From positions 5,841 through 69,840 of the forward strand of contig CAYMSV010000001.1 of assembly GCA_964393205.1 (NCBI GenBank): a DNA stretch of 64,000 nt, written 5' to 3'. Below are positions 1-8,759 of this stretch, piece by piece. The notes under the pieces were generated by a model. The model saw nothing but the letters and a program-made list of their open reading frames with translations, ran no database searches and was not told the origin of the DNA. The DNA comes from an uncultured Pseudomonadales bacterium (GTDB taxonomy: Bacteria > Patescibacteriota > Microgenomatia > UBA1400 > PJMF01). Position 1 is the first letter of the stretch. Every line of letters starts with the position of its first letter. A program made the position numbers and the translations under genes.

Positions 1-2
1 AA

Positions 3-404
3 AAGTTTGATGAGTCGCTCTCTCCAGAGGAGTTTAATAGTCCAAGATTTGCTTATCGGGTGATCTACACACAAAAAGTTGTTAACCATCCGGGTCAGGC
101 TGACCGTGTAATTGAGTTCATTGATCCCAAATCAGAAGCGGCTAAAAAAATAAACGTGACCTACGCATCAATTAAAGAGAAGGAAAAAACAAAATATAGA
201 GCAAGTACAATAGTCTCTAAAATACAAAGTGAGGGGTATCCGAAATTTAAGATGTATTCACATACGAAACTTTGGAAAAAGAATGATGGAAAGAACCCGA
301 GCAAAGGTTTTGGTGTGTCTGTAGAGGGTTATTGGTATTGGTACGAAAGCTGGTTAGATTTTGTTAGACAATATTGTAAGAAAAATAAACGAAAACTAAT
401 TTAA
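3..404 (+). CDS. 3' part of an ORF that runs off the 5' window edge; product unknown
   Basis: Frame is open from nt 3 with no stop before the GTG at 60 that the ORF track used as start; no recognisable motif; sits immediately upstream of hsdR. Confidence 0.3.
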   Translation, partial: KFDESLSPEEFNSPRFAYRVIYTQKVVNHPGQADRVIEFIDPKSEAAKKINVTYASIKEKEKTKYRASTIVSKIQSEGYPKFKMYSHTKLWKKNDGKNPSKGFGVSVEGYWYWYESWLDFVRQYCKKNKRKLI

Positions 405-416
405 TAAAGAGTAACT

Positions 417-3353
417 ATGAAATTCAACGAACAATACACAGTCGAAAACCACATTATAAAATTTTTATCCAAAACACTTGGCTATGAATTCATCAAGCCA
501 GAGGAGTTTGCTCTTTTGCGTGAGCTGGAAAACCAGTATTTAGTTATTCCCCATCTTGCTGAAGCGATAAAGCAAATCAATGATTTGACTGATGATACTG
601 AAATACAAAGCGTCGTTAGGGAGGTAAAAAAGATTGATTCTAACGAGGGTTTTTTGAACCTATTGCGTAATGGAGTGAACATTAAGGATCCCACGACAGG
701 CAGAATGAGGGACTATGCGGTTGTTGACCATGACAATATTGAGAATAACCGCTTCGTAGTTACTAATCAGTTTTATTTTGAAGGTAACCTGGAAAATATC
801 AGAACTGATGTGATGATCTTTTTGAACGGTATCCCGGTGGTAGATATTGAAGCTAAAAGCCCCACCGCTTCCACTAGTGTCAGTTATGAGAATGCGATAG
901 GTCAAATCAAACGCTATGAGCGAGTAGCAATGAAGCTTTTTTGGCCAAACTTATTTAACATTGCGACCGATGGTCTCAAGACTGTCTATGGAACAACCTA
1001 TGCCCCAGAGCAGTACTTCTTGCAGTGGAGAGATGAAGAACTAGAAGAAAAGCTCGATGGGCAACTTGAGATGACTTTGGTGGCTTTGCTAGACAAAGAA
1101 AGATTACTGGACATCATCAAAAACTTTATATTATTCGAGCAGACAAAAGATGGGCGCATTAAAAAGATGGCTCGTTACCAGCAACTAAGGGCTACCAATA
1201 AGATTTTGGAGAGAGTCCAGGATGGTGAGAAAAGACGAGGTTTAATTTGGCATACCCAAGGATCTGGTAAATCGCTGACGATGTTTTTTACTGCTTGGAA
1301 GCTGAGGTTTTCCAAGGAATTGAAGAATCCTAAGGTGTTTGTTTTGGTAGATCGGATTGATCTTGATGATCAGATTTATGACACATTCGTTAACGCTGGC
1401 GGTAGAAATGTTATCCGTGTGACTTCGAGGCGTGATCTTGAGAAGAAAGTTACCAATGATGAACGAGGTATCTTCATCTCAACGATTGAGAAATTCAATG
1501 AATTGCCACTTGGTTTGGAGAATCCTACTGAAAATGTGATTGTGCTTTCTGACGAGGCGCATAGAACCAATGAAGGTGTGGCAGCGATTAAGCTGCGTGA
1601 CTCTATGGGAAAAGCCTTTTTCTTTGGCTTTACAGGTACTCCAATCGATAAAACAACACTTAATACTCACAGAAACTTTGGCCAAGAAGGCGAACGGTAT
1701 CTTGACTATTACTCTATTCAACAAGCCATAGATGATGGAGCAACTCTGCCAGTGACTTATGAGGCTCGATTATCGAAGTTTTTCATAGATGAGGATCGAG
1801 TGGACCAACAGTTTGACGAGATGACCACAGAGTTATCTGAAGAACAAAAACAACTAGTGATGAAGCGCTTTGGTAAAAAGGAAGCCCTGATTAAATTAGA
1901 CAAACGAATGCGAGCTGTTGCACAGGATATCGTAGATCATTATCGACTTTATATTGAGCCAAATGGTTTTAAAGCACAGATAGTCTGTTATGACAGAGAA
2001 TCGACAGCTAGGTATAAAGAGTTGTTTGATGAATTGATTCCCCCTGAGTGGTCAGAAGTAGTTTATTCTTCTGGCGATCCCAACTTAGATAAGGAGCACT
2101 TGAGGAAATATAACACCACTAAGGCTCAAAGAGAGCAAATTATTGAATCATTTAAAGACTCCAATAGTTCTCTCAAGTTGCTCTTAGTATGTGACATGTT
2201 GTTGACAGGATTTGATGCTCCAATTGAACAAGCTATGTATTTGGATAAACCATTGCGAGATCATAATCTTTTGCAAGCCATCGCCAGAACTAACCGTACC
2301 TATCCAAACAAGGGTTGCGGCAAGATTATTGATTACTATGGAATTACTAGAAATCTTTATGATGCTTTGAATTTTGATGAGAGCATTATCGACTCAGCCA
2401 TGATTGATTTGGATCACCTAAAACAAGAATTCCTTGAAGTACTAGGTGAGATTAAGGATATCTTCACTGGCATCAACCAAGAAGACCCCTCTATTGAGAA
2501 TTTAAGAACTTGTCTCAAGATTTTTATAGACAACGAAGGCAAACAGCGATACTTCACTGATAAGTACTCCAGATTAAAGCTCTTGTTTGAAGTCCTTTCT
2601 CCTGATCCTTTCTTAGCTCAATATATTAGAACTTTTGAATGGATTACCAGTGTTTACATTGCTTTTATCAACGAGTTCCGCTCTGAAAATCTGGCAATGG
2701 AAGCTTTTAGGGATGGTAGCATTCCTACCTTTGGTGAATATGGTCAGAAAGTTAAAAAATTAATCCAAGATAATCTAGATTATGAAGGAATCACCAAGAG
2801 TTTTAGAGAGCTTAATATCAATGATATCTACACACTGGAGCGGCTAGACAAAATGGATGATGAGGAAAAAGCTCTCAATCTTGAAAAGATGCTCAAGCAG
2901 GAAATTTCTATTAATATCGATACCAACCCTGTGTTTCAGAAGTTTAGTGAGAGATTGACCGCTATTCGCAAAGAGTTTGAACAGCATCAAATTGACCTCT
3001 CTGAGAGGATTAAACGTTATTACGATTTAATGAATGACATTAAGAGCAAATCTGATGAGGCAAAAGAATTGGGCTTAAACTTGCGAGAGTACGGACTTCT
3101 GGTTATCTCTCAAGAGTTCTTACCTGATACAGACCAAGCTATTGTTATCTCTCTTTCCAGAGACTTAGCAAAAAGGCTAGAAGCCATCCTCGACGAAGGT
3201 TGGCAAAATTCATCAAAACGAGAGGAGTTTTTGAAAGGTGTCAAACAAACGATTCAGGAACTAATCCTGAAAGAATACAGGGATAGAATTCAAGTCAAAG
3301 ATTTTCCTAAATTCTTAAACAGATTGGTTGATATCGTAATCAAAAAATTCTAA
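417..3353 (+). CDS. hsdR: Type I restriction enzyme R subunit (HsdR), SF2 helicase/endonuclease
   Basis: 978 aa; Walker A HTQGSGKSLTMF, DEAH box VLSDEAHRTNEG, HsdR-like length and domain order; ATG at 417. Confidence 0.85.
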   Translation: MKFNEQYTVENHIIKFLSKTLGYEFIKPEEFALLRELENQYLVIPHLAEAIKQINDLTDDTEIQSVVREVKKIDSNEGFLNLLRNGVNIKDPTTGRMRDYAVVDHDNIENNRFVVTNQFYFEGNLENIRTDVMIFLNGIPVVDIEAKSPTASTSVSYENAIGQIKRYERVAMKLFWPNLFNIATDGLKTVYGTTYAPEQYFLQWRDEELEEKLDGQLEMTLVALLDKERLLDIIKNFILFEQTKDGRIKKMARYQQLRATNKILERVQDGEKRRGLIWHTQGSGKSLTMFFTAWKLRFSKELKNPKVFVLVDRIDLDDQIYDTFVNAGGRNVIRVTSRRDLEKKVTNDERGIFISTIEKFNELPLGLENPTENVIVLSDEAHRTNEGVAAIKLRDSMGKAFFFGFTGTPIDKTTLNTHRNFGQEGERYLDYYSIQQAIDDGATLPVTYEARLSKFFIDEDRVDQQFDEMTTELSEEQKQLVMKRFGKKEALIKLDKRMRAVAQDIVDHYRLYIEPNGFKAQIVCYDRESTARYKELFDELIPPEWSEVVYSSGDPNLDKEHLRKYNTTKAQREQIIESFKDSNSSLKLLLVCDMLLTGFDAPIEQAMYLDKPLRDHNLLQAIARTNRTYPNKGCGKIIDYYGITRNLYDALNFDESIIDSAMIDLDHLKQEFLEVLGEIKDIFTGINQEDPSIENLRTCLKIFIDNEGKQRYFTDKYSRLKLLFEVLSPDPFLAQYIRTFEWITSVYIAFINEFRSENLAMEAFRDGSIPTFGEYGQKVKKLIQDNLDYEGITKSFRELNINDIYTLERLDKMDDEEKALNLEKMLKQEISINIDTNPVFQKFSERLTAIRKEFEQHQIDLSERIKRYYDLMNDIKSKSDEAKELGLNLREYGLLVISQEFLPDTDQAIVISLSRDLAKRLEAILDEGWQNSSKREEFLKGVKQTIQELILKEYRDRIQVKDFPKFLNRLVDIVIKKF

Positions 3354-3925
3354 TGAAGAAGCAAATAAGCCTACACAACAAAGTTGTTGATTACTCTGTC
3401 CGCAGGAGCAACAGGGCAAAACGGATGAGGTTGGCTGTATATTGCGATGGTAATTTCGTGGTTACTGTTCCAAAAGATTTTCCTGCAAACTCAATTGACA
3501 GGTATCTAATAGAAAAATCTAAGTGGGTAGTTAGCAAACTGGATTTTTTTGAAAAACTTAACAAGAAGCAAAAATTGTCTCTGGGCGATGATGGGTTCGT
3601 GATCTACAAGGATAAAGCCTTGAAAATGGTTACTGAGAGGTTATTAGAACTTAATAATGAGCATTATGGATTTAAGTTTAATAAAATTGCCATTAAAAAT
3701 CAGAAGACACGCTGGGGAAGTTGTTCCAAAAAAAGAAACCTTAACTTCAATTATAAAATCCTATTTTTATCTCCCAAGATGCGGGACTACATTATTATCC
3801 ATGAACTATGTCACTTGAGAGAGTTTAATCATTCTAATAAGTTTTGGCGATTAGTGGCTAAAGCTATCCCTAACTATGCTGATATTGTTGAAGAGTTAAA
3901 GTTAAAAGGATTGATGATTGATTGA
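3353..3925 (+). CDS. DUF45/YgjP-family zinc-dependent hydrolase (type I R-M associated)
   Basis: RWGSCS motif plus HELCHLREFNHSNKFW (HExxH...H...FW) typical of DUF45; start overlaps hsdR stop by 1 nt (TAATG). Confidence 0.75.
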   Translation: MKKQISLHNKVVDYSVRRSNRAKRMRLAVYCDGNFVVTVPKDFPANSIDRYLIEKSKWVVSKLDFFEKLNKKQKLSLGDDGFVIYKDKALKMVTERLLELNNEHYGFKFNKIAIKNQKTRWGSCSKKRNLNFNYKILFLSPKMRDYIIIHELCHLREFNHSNKFWRLVAKAIPNYADIVEELKLKGLMID

Positions 3926-3930
3926 TTTTT

Positions 3931-4539
3931 ATGAATATGCCTACTCCAAGAAAGATGAACCACGGTGTAAAAATCTCTCATAAGGGTTTCAGTGTGACTG
4001 ACCTTGATAAAGAGCGATCAGTTAAGGCTATTAATAAAAAGGTCCTGCCGCATTTATTATCTAGCCTAGCCCTTCCTTACCTTCTTGGGGCAAAAACTCA
4101 AGTAGAAAGATATATATTTGCGGCCTTGCAGCTCAAAACTCAACCATCAATAGCCACAATGGGATGTCTACATGAAGCATCAACTTTATTTGAAGACTTA
4201 AACACGGTGATTATTTATATGAGGAAATGTGGCAAGGACCACAAACTTCATCAGTTATGGACGGATATTCGTAATCACATTCGACACGCGGTCAGAGAGG
4301 AATTTGATAGAGAGGACGACTCAGTAAAAAATGAGAGAGCCCAAAGATTAAGCCTCGACCCAAAACTTCAGATAGGTATTGGATTTGATACAGACGCGAT
4401 AAAAGTAGGAGGGACTCTTGTAGAGCTGTCCGAGATAAATAAGTATCTAGCTTGGGCTGAGGGCGTTATTGCAGATATTTTAGTCAAAGCAAGTGAAGAC
4501 GGCTTCATTGAAGGTATCAGGGTAGTTAAGAAACCATAA
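3931..4539 (+). CDS. hypothetical protein, last gene of hsdR-DUF45 operon
   Basis: ORF track 3922..4539 begins at TTG; first ATG at 3931; soluble, no recognisable motif; 6 nt after DUF45 stop. Confidence 0.4.
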   Translation: MNMPTPRKMNHGVKISHKGFSVTDLDKERSVKAINKKVLPHLLSSLALPYLLGAKTQVERYIFAALQLKTQPSIATMGCLHEASTLFEDLNTVIIYMRKCGKDHKLHQLWTDIRNHIRHAVREEFDREDDSVKNERAQRLSLDPKLQIGIGFDTDAIKVGGTLVELSEINKYLAWAEGVIADILVKASEDGFIEGIRVVKKP

Positions 4540-4556
4540 TCGAGATAAAGGAATCT

Positions 4557-4583
4557 GTTGACATCTCCGATTCTGATGTCAAC
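4557..4583. promoter_or_regulatory. inverted repeat GTTGACATC-N9-GATGTCAAC; a third GTTGACAT copy at 4598-4605
   Basis: Perfect 9-bp arms read directly from sequence in the 269-bp gap after the R-M operon; TTGACA cores could be -35 boxes or operator half-sites. Confidence 0.4.
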
Positions 4584-4619
4584 AAAACCGTTAAAAAGTT
4601 GACATTTGCTTTCACTGTT

Positions 4620-4641
4620 GTAGAAATCTATTCACTTCCTT
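4620..4641. repeat. 22-bp direct repeat copy 1 (gtagaaatctaYtcacttcYtt)
   Basis: 20/22 identity with 5858..5879; the two copies bracket the membrane-protein/XRE/HEAT cassette. Confidence 0.6.
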
Positions 4642-4759
4642 CACCGTCCACTCTGGATATTCCAGCTCGCTGACCCAATCAATTCGTCCAAATTCATACC
4701 ATTTCTCGAGTTTTTTAATCGGGGTAGTGGGTGAAATGATTTCTGAAAATCGGTTTTAA

Positions 4760-4802
4760 AATGTAATATATTATTGACATAATGTAAATAATATATTACA
4801 TT
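4760..4802. promoter_or_regulatory. 43-bp perfect palindrome (16-bp arms aatgtaatatattatt / aataatatattacatt) around TTGACAtaATGTaa; candidate operator/promoter of the membrane-protein/XRE operon
   Basis: Arms are exact reverse complements; centre holds a consensus TTGACA; ends 6 nt before the ATG at 4809. Confidence 0.45.
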
Positions 4803-4808
4803 ACACTT

Positions 4809-5231
4809 ATGAACATAAAAACATACCAACAAATTCGCATTGCAGTTACTTTTTTTGTCGGACTGTTAGTATCTATTTCAGTCGTCCGTGATAGTTTCTT
4901 ACTGGCTCTTGCTGGTGTTTTAACTGGTCTAGTCTTTGTGTTCCTGGTGCGAGCCAAAGCCAAAATCAAAACTGATGAAAGAGAACAAACGATTCAAGAA
5001 AAGGCTGCTCGCCTAACCTATGCTATTTTTGCTCCCACCATTGGAATTGTCGCATTGCTGTTACTTTTGCCATCCAAAGGTGGCTTTGCTGTTTTTAGCA
5101 AAGGCGAATGGTTGTATCTAGAGTCGCTGGGGATGATTTTTGCGTACCTGTCTTTATTTTTGATTGCTGTGTACGCCATCTCTTATCACTTTTTTAATAA
5201 GAGATATACAGGTGGAAGTGATGAAAAATAA
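4809..5231 (+). CDS. small 4-TM membrane protein (DUF2178-like), partner of the XRE regulator
   Basis: 140 aa with four hydrophobic helices; stop overlaps the HTH gene start by 11 nt, the usual membrane-protein/XRE pair arrangement. Confidence 0.5.
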   Translation: MNIKTYQQIRIAVTFFVGLLVSISVVRDSFLLALAGVLTGLVFVFLVRAKAKIKTDEREQTIQEKAARLTYAIFAPTIGIVALLLLLPSKGGFAVFSKGEWLYLESLGMIFAYLSLFLIAVYAISYHFFNKRYTGGSDEK

Positions 5232-5430
5232 ACTAAAAGTCTATCGAGCAATGTACGACTTGACTCAAGAACAACTAGCAGAACAAATTGGCGTTAGTCG
5301 GCAAACTGTCATTGCCATTGAGGCAGATAAATATCTGCCCTCGCTGGGTTTGGCTTTCAAAATGGCTCGGCATTTCCGAGTTAAAGTAGAAGATATTTTT
5401 ATTTATGAAGGAGATGAAAATGACAACTAA
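5221..5430 (+). CDS. XRE-family (Cro/C1-type) helix-turn-helix transcriptional regulator
   Basis: MKNKLKVYRAMYDLTQEQLAEQIGVSRQTVIAIE is a canonical HTH_3; true start ATG 5221 (track start 5164 lies inside the upstream gene). Confidence 0.8.
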   Translation: MKNKLKVYRAMYDLTQEQLAEQIGVSRQTVIAIEADKYLPSLGLAFKMARHFRVKVEDIFIYEGDENDN

Positions 5431-5821
5431 CACCATAAAAGAAAAAGTATTATATGTATTGGCTATCGGGATCAGTATCTTTTTGTTGTTTGTTTTTATA
5501 ACCAGTGTATGGATTGGCCATGAGGCCAAAAATCTGTGTCAACAGGCTCAATGGCAGTATGGTGGTAATTGCACAGAGGCTCTCATTAGCCAGTTGGATG
5601 ATCAACACCAAGCCTACCGCAGACGCAATCATGCCATCTGGGCTCTAGGGCAATTGGGAGATGGTCGCGCCCTGCCTGTTTTAGAAAAATACTACACTGG
5701 CGACATTCCCAACAGGGAACCGCTTGATGAAACAATTAGCCAGTATGAGTTAAAAAAAGCGATTAACTTAGTAAATGGGGAAACCAATATCTCTGCTTGG
5801 ATTTGGAGAAACTTGTTGTGA
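5420..5821 (+). CDS. membrane-anchored HEAT/PBS-lyase repeat protein
   Basis: N-terminal TM helix; AIWALGQLGDGRALPVLEKYY HEAT-like repeat; AAGGAG RBS 7 nt before ATG 5420; overlaps XRE stop. Confidence 0.55.
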   Translation: MTTNTIKEKVLYVLAIGISIFLLFVFITSVWIGHEAKNLCQQAQWQYGGNCTEALISQLDDQHQAYRRRNHAIWALGQLGDGRALPVLEKYYTGDIPNREPLDETISQYELKKAINLVNGETNISAWIWRNLL

Positions 5822-5857
5822 TCGACATCAAATTGGGAGATAGATAAGCTCAAGAGC

Positions 5858-5879
5858 GTAGAAATCTACTCACTTCTTT
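5858..5879. repeat. 22-bp direct repeat copy 2
   Basis: gtagaaatctactcacttcttt, 20/22 identical to 4620..4641. Confidence 0.6.
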
Positions 5880-6129
5880 AGCAGTTCATTTCGGGTATTT
5901 AAGATAAGTCAGCCAAGCAATGTGTCGGAAAATCTCCCGTCCCTCGAGCTACGCATCATTTACTCAAACCGAATTTCTTTTTTCCAATTAGTGATTAAAG
6001 TTGTTTAATGATTTATCATCTCTCAATTTATCTTGTTCTTCATTCAAAGTTACATCCTCCAGATCTTCTATTCTAGAGATTAGTTCATTTTGCCTATCTT
6101 CATCCATGTGTTAATTATATAATTAGCCT

Positions 6130-7632
6130 ATGACCATTTCCAAATCCGACTACATGCTTTTTTTACGCCACTCGGCTTGGTTGTGGCTCAAAAAATACCA
6201 GCCAGAGCGCCTTCCTCAACCCGATGCCAATCTCCAAGCCATTTTTGACACTGGTCACCGCTTTGAAGCCTATGCTGAACAGCTCTTTAATGGTGCGGTT
6301 AAACTTGGTTTTACTGGCTATGAGCAGTATTTGAGTTTGCCAGCCAAGACTCAAGCCTTGCTTGATCAGTACACCCCAGTTATTTTGCAGGGTAGGCTAG
6401 AGGTCGATGGTTTAACCTGTATATTTGATGTCTTAGAGCGTGTTGACGAACACATCCTTAATCTCATCGAAATTAAATCTAGCACTAAGGCTAAGAGCGA
6501 GCATTTTTATGATTTAGCTTTCCAAGCGCTGATTCTGGAGCGCTCGGGTTGGCAAATTAATGAAATTAGTGTCTTACATGTTAATAATGACTATGTTCGC
6601 CAAGGAGAAATTGATCCGGCACAACTGACTGGTCGCACTGAGGTCACTGAGGAGGTCAAAGCTCTGCTGCCGGCCACCAAAGAGCTGGTTGAGCAGGCTT
6701 GGGCAGTAGTTAAGAGAGAGCAAGTGCCCTCTTTTTCACCTACCTTAGTCAATCAAGTAGGGGTGAAAGATGTTGGCTGGTTTAAGGACTGGTTGGGGAT
6801 TTATAAAGACTTACATCCAGATCTGGATTCCTCCAGTATTTATCATTTAGCTGGGCTCAATAGCAAGTTATTAAGCGAACTGGACGAGCAGGGGATTGAG
6901 CTGCTGGCAGATATTCCTATGGCTACAAAACTTAATTCCAAACAAGTAGCTCAAATTCAGGCCACCTGCAGTGGGGAGCGGCTGATAAATCAGCCAGCAA
7001 TTAAGGAATTTCTACAGTCACTACAGTATCCCTTATATTTTTTTGATTATGAAACCCTCAGTTCTGCCATTCCTTTTTTTGATGGCATGAAACCTTATCA
7101 GGATTATCCCTTTCAGTACTCCTTGCATGTTTTAAGGGCGCCCGATGCCAAACTAGAGCACCTTGAGTATTTGCACTCCACAAACAGCAATCCCATGCCC
7201 GAATTAATCGCGAAGTTAAAGAGCGATCTTGGTGAGCAGGGCAGTATTTTGGCTTGGAATAAGGTTTATGAAGAGAAATGCAATAATACGATGGCCGAGC
7301 TTTATCCAGAGGAAGCTGAGTTTTTACAGCAAGTTAATGAGCGCTTAGTAGATTTAATGTTGGTATTTCAACAGTTATATTTTGTCGATAAAGATTTTAA
7401 AGGCAGTGCTAGTTTGAAAAGTGTTTTGCCAGTTTTAGCGCCCGATTGCAGTTACAGCGATCTGAATGTTTCCGATGGATTATTGGCTAGAAGACTGTGG
7501 ACAAACACTATTTTGCTTAGTCAAAATGAGGCGGAGAAAGAAGCCATTCTAAAAGATCTGAGTGCATATTGTACTCTAGATACCTTTGGCATGGTGCGGA
7601 TTTTTGAGGAGTTGGGGAAGGTGGTGGGGTAA
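6130..7632 (+). CDS. DUF2779-like protein with N-terminal PD-(D/E)XK (RecB/Cas4-like) nuclease motifs
   Basis: GHRFEAY ... IFDVLERV ... LIEIKSS ... YDLAFQALIL matches motifs I-IV of the PD-(D/E)XK fold; C-terminal YFFDYETLSSAIPF...PFQYSLHVL resembles DUF2779; TATATAAT 15 nt upstream. Confidence 0.55.
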   Translation: MTISKSDYMLFLRHSAWLWLKKYQPERLPQPDANLQAIFDTGHRFEAYAEQLFNGAVKLGFTGYEQYLSLPAKTQALLDQYTPVILQGRLEVDGLTCIFDVLERVDEHILNLIEIKSSTKAKSEHFYDLAFQALILERSGWQINEISVLHVNNDYVRQGEIDPAQLTGRTEVTEEVKALLPATKELVEQAWAVVKREQVPSFSPTLVNQVGVKDVGWFKDWLGIYKDLHPDLDSSSIYHLAGLNSKLLSELDEQGIELLADIPMATKLNSKQVAQIQATCSGERLINQPAIKEFLQSLQYPLYFFDYETLSSAIPFFDGMKPYQDYPFQYSLHVLRAPDAKLEHLEYLHSTNSNPMPELIAKLKSDLGEQGSILAWNKVYEEKCNNTMAELYPEEAEFLQQVNERLVDLMLVFQQLYFVDKDFKGSASLKSVLPVLAPDCSYSDLNVSDGLLARRLWTNTILLSQNEAEKEAILKDLSAYCTLDTFGMVRIFEELGKVVG

Positions 7633-7751
7633 GCTTGTTATTTTTCAAATTTTTGGATAGTCAAACAATTTTTTTGGTTCTTCCTATCACACAAACATAA
7701 AATTAACATAAAATTTTCCCAAACATTTGCTCTCGTGTTACACTAAACCTA

Positions 7752-8690
7752 GTGTTCAAATTTAATTCTGCTTTGATCATTCACGCCCTTCTGCTTTCTC
7801 TTTTTGTTTTAGTTATCTTTGTTTATTGGTTTGCGATTTTACCTCGTGAGCAAATTTTTCTTTATGGGCATATGGGTTATGGTCCGCTGTCAGCCTTTAC
7901 TATTTCTCGACACTGGATGACGGGTTTGGTGATTGGGGAAATGCTTTTAGTTATTTATTTGCCACTCAATTTAATTTTAAAGAAGTTTTTTAAAGGTTAT
8001 CAGCTTCCTGATTGGAAAAATTTAAGTTACTATCTCTGTCTTTATCTTTTTTTACCACTTTTTTTGCTCTTAACTGTTTTTGCTAAGCCAACTTTGCCTT
8101 TTTTACTTAGTTTATGGGTGTTTGTTATCTTATTTTTAGTTCTGCGCTTGGCCCTCTACTTAACTCACTTGGCTTTCAATAATTTCAAACACTTTATTTG
8201 GTTAACTATAGATGCGCTTTCACTATTGCCGGTATTGATGATCGTGCCAACCTTAATTCAATATGGTCTACAGCGCTCTTTTCCGCTCTTTCCTTTATTA
8301 GTCTTACCACCTTTGGTAGCAGCAGCTTTGAGTTTAATTTGGTTTACTATTATTACTTGGCTCTCTAAGCGCTTTCAGCGTCCCATGCCTAGTTCACTGC
8401 AGCTTTTCTTATCTGCGCTGGAGAGTGCTTATCTCTTCTTCCCCTTCTTGCACTATTTTATTTCTAATCCCAGTGGCACTCTGTATATTACTAATGGTGA
8501 TAATTTTTTTGCCAGCAATCCACTGATTCAGTTAGGAACTTTTGTCCTGGTTTTAGTTTTGCTAAAAATATTTATGAGACGCCGCGGGCAAGAGAGCAGT
8601 GATGATTTTACTGCCACGCTCAAATTATTTTTACTCTTAGCTGTTTTAGTGATTGTCAATTTTATTTTGCGCCAGTTTTTAGTAGTGTGA
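7752..8690 (+). CDS. polytopic membrane protein, unknown function
   Basis: 312 aa, at least 8 hydrophobic segments, GTG start, about 32% GC. Confidence 0.45.
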   Translation: MFKFNSALIIHALLLSLFVLVIFVYWFAILPREQIFLYGHMGYGPLSAFTISRHWMTGLVIGEMLLVIYLPLNLILKKFFKGYQLPDWKNLSYYLCLYLFLPLFLLLTVFAKPTLPFLLSLWVFVILFLVLRLALYLTHLAFNNFKHFIWLTIDALSLLPVLMIVPTLIQYGLQRSFPLFPLLVLPPLVAAALSLIWFTIITWLSKRFQRPMPSSLQLFLSALESAYLFFPFLHYFISNPSGTLYITNGDNFFASNPLIQLGTFVLVLVLLKIFMRRRGQESSDDFTATLKLFLLLAVLVIVNFILRQFLVV

Positions 8691-8714
8691 TTTTTTCTCA
8701 AGTACTTGTCTTTA

Positions 8715-8723
8715 TGATATAAT
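8715..8723 (+). promoter_or_regulatory. extended -10 promoter TGaTATAAT
   Basis: TGnTATAAT match 37 nt upstream of the ATG at 8760. Confidence 0.4.
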
Positions 8724-8759
8724 ATACTCGAGTATTTTCCTGCCCCCTTGAAAGTAATT

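Noticed and set aside
482-1731. Antisense or nested ORFs inside hsdR (482..694-, 660..905-, 1376..1570-, 1479..1724-, 1540..1731+)
   Set aside because: Entirely within a well-supported 978-aa CDS; no motifs; typical random ORFs.
4641-4832. Minus-strand 63-aa ORF across the regulatory gap and the first codons of the membrane-protein gene
   Set aside because: It covers the palindromic operator/promoter region, has no start context, and overlaps the plus-strand gene start.
5996-6121. 41-aa acidic minus-strand ORF (MDEDRQNELISRIEDLEDV...) in the gap before the DUF2779 gene
   Set aside because: Too short, no promoter or RBS seen, and it overlaps the DUF2779 promoter; noted only.
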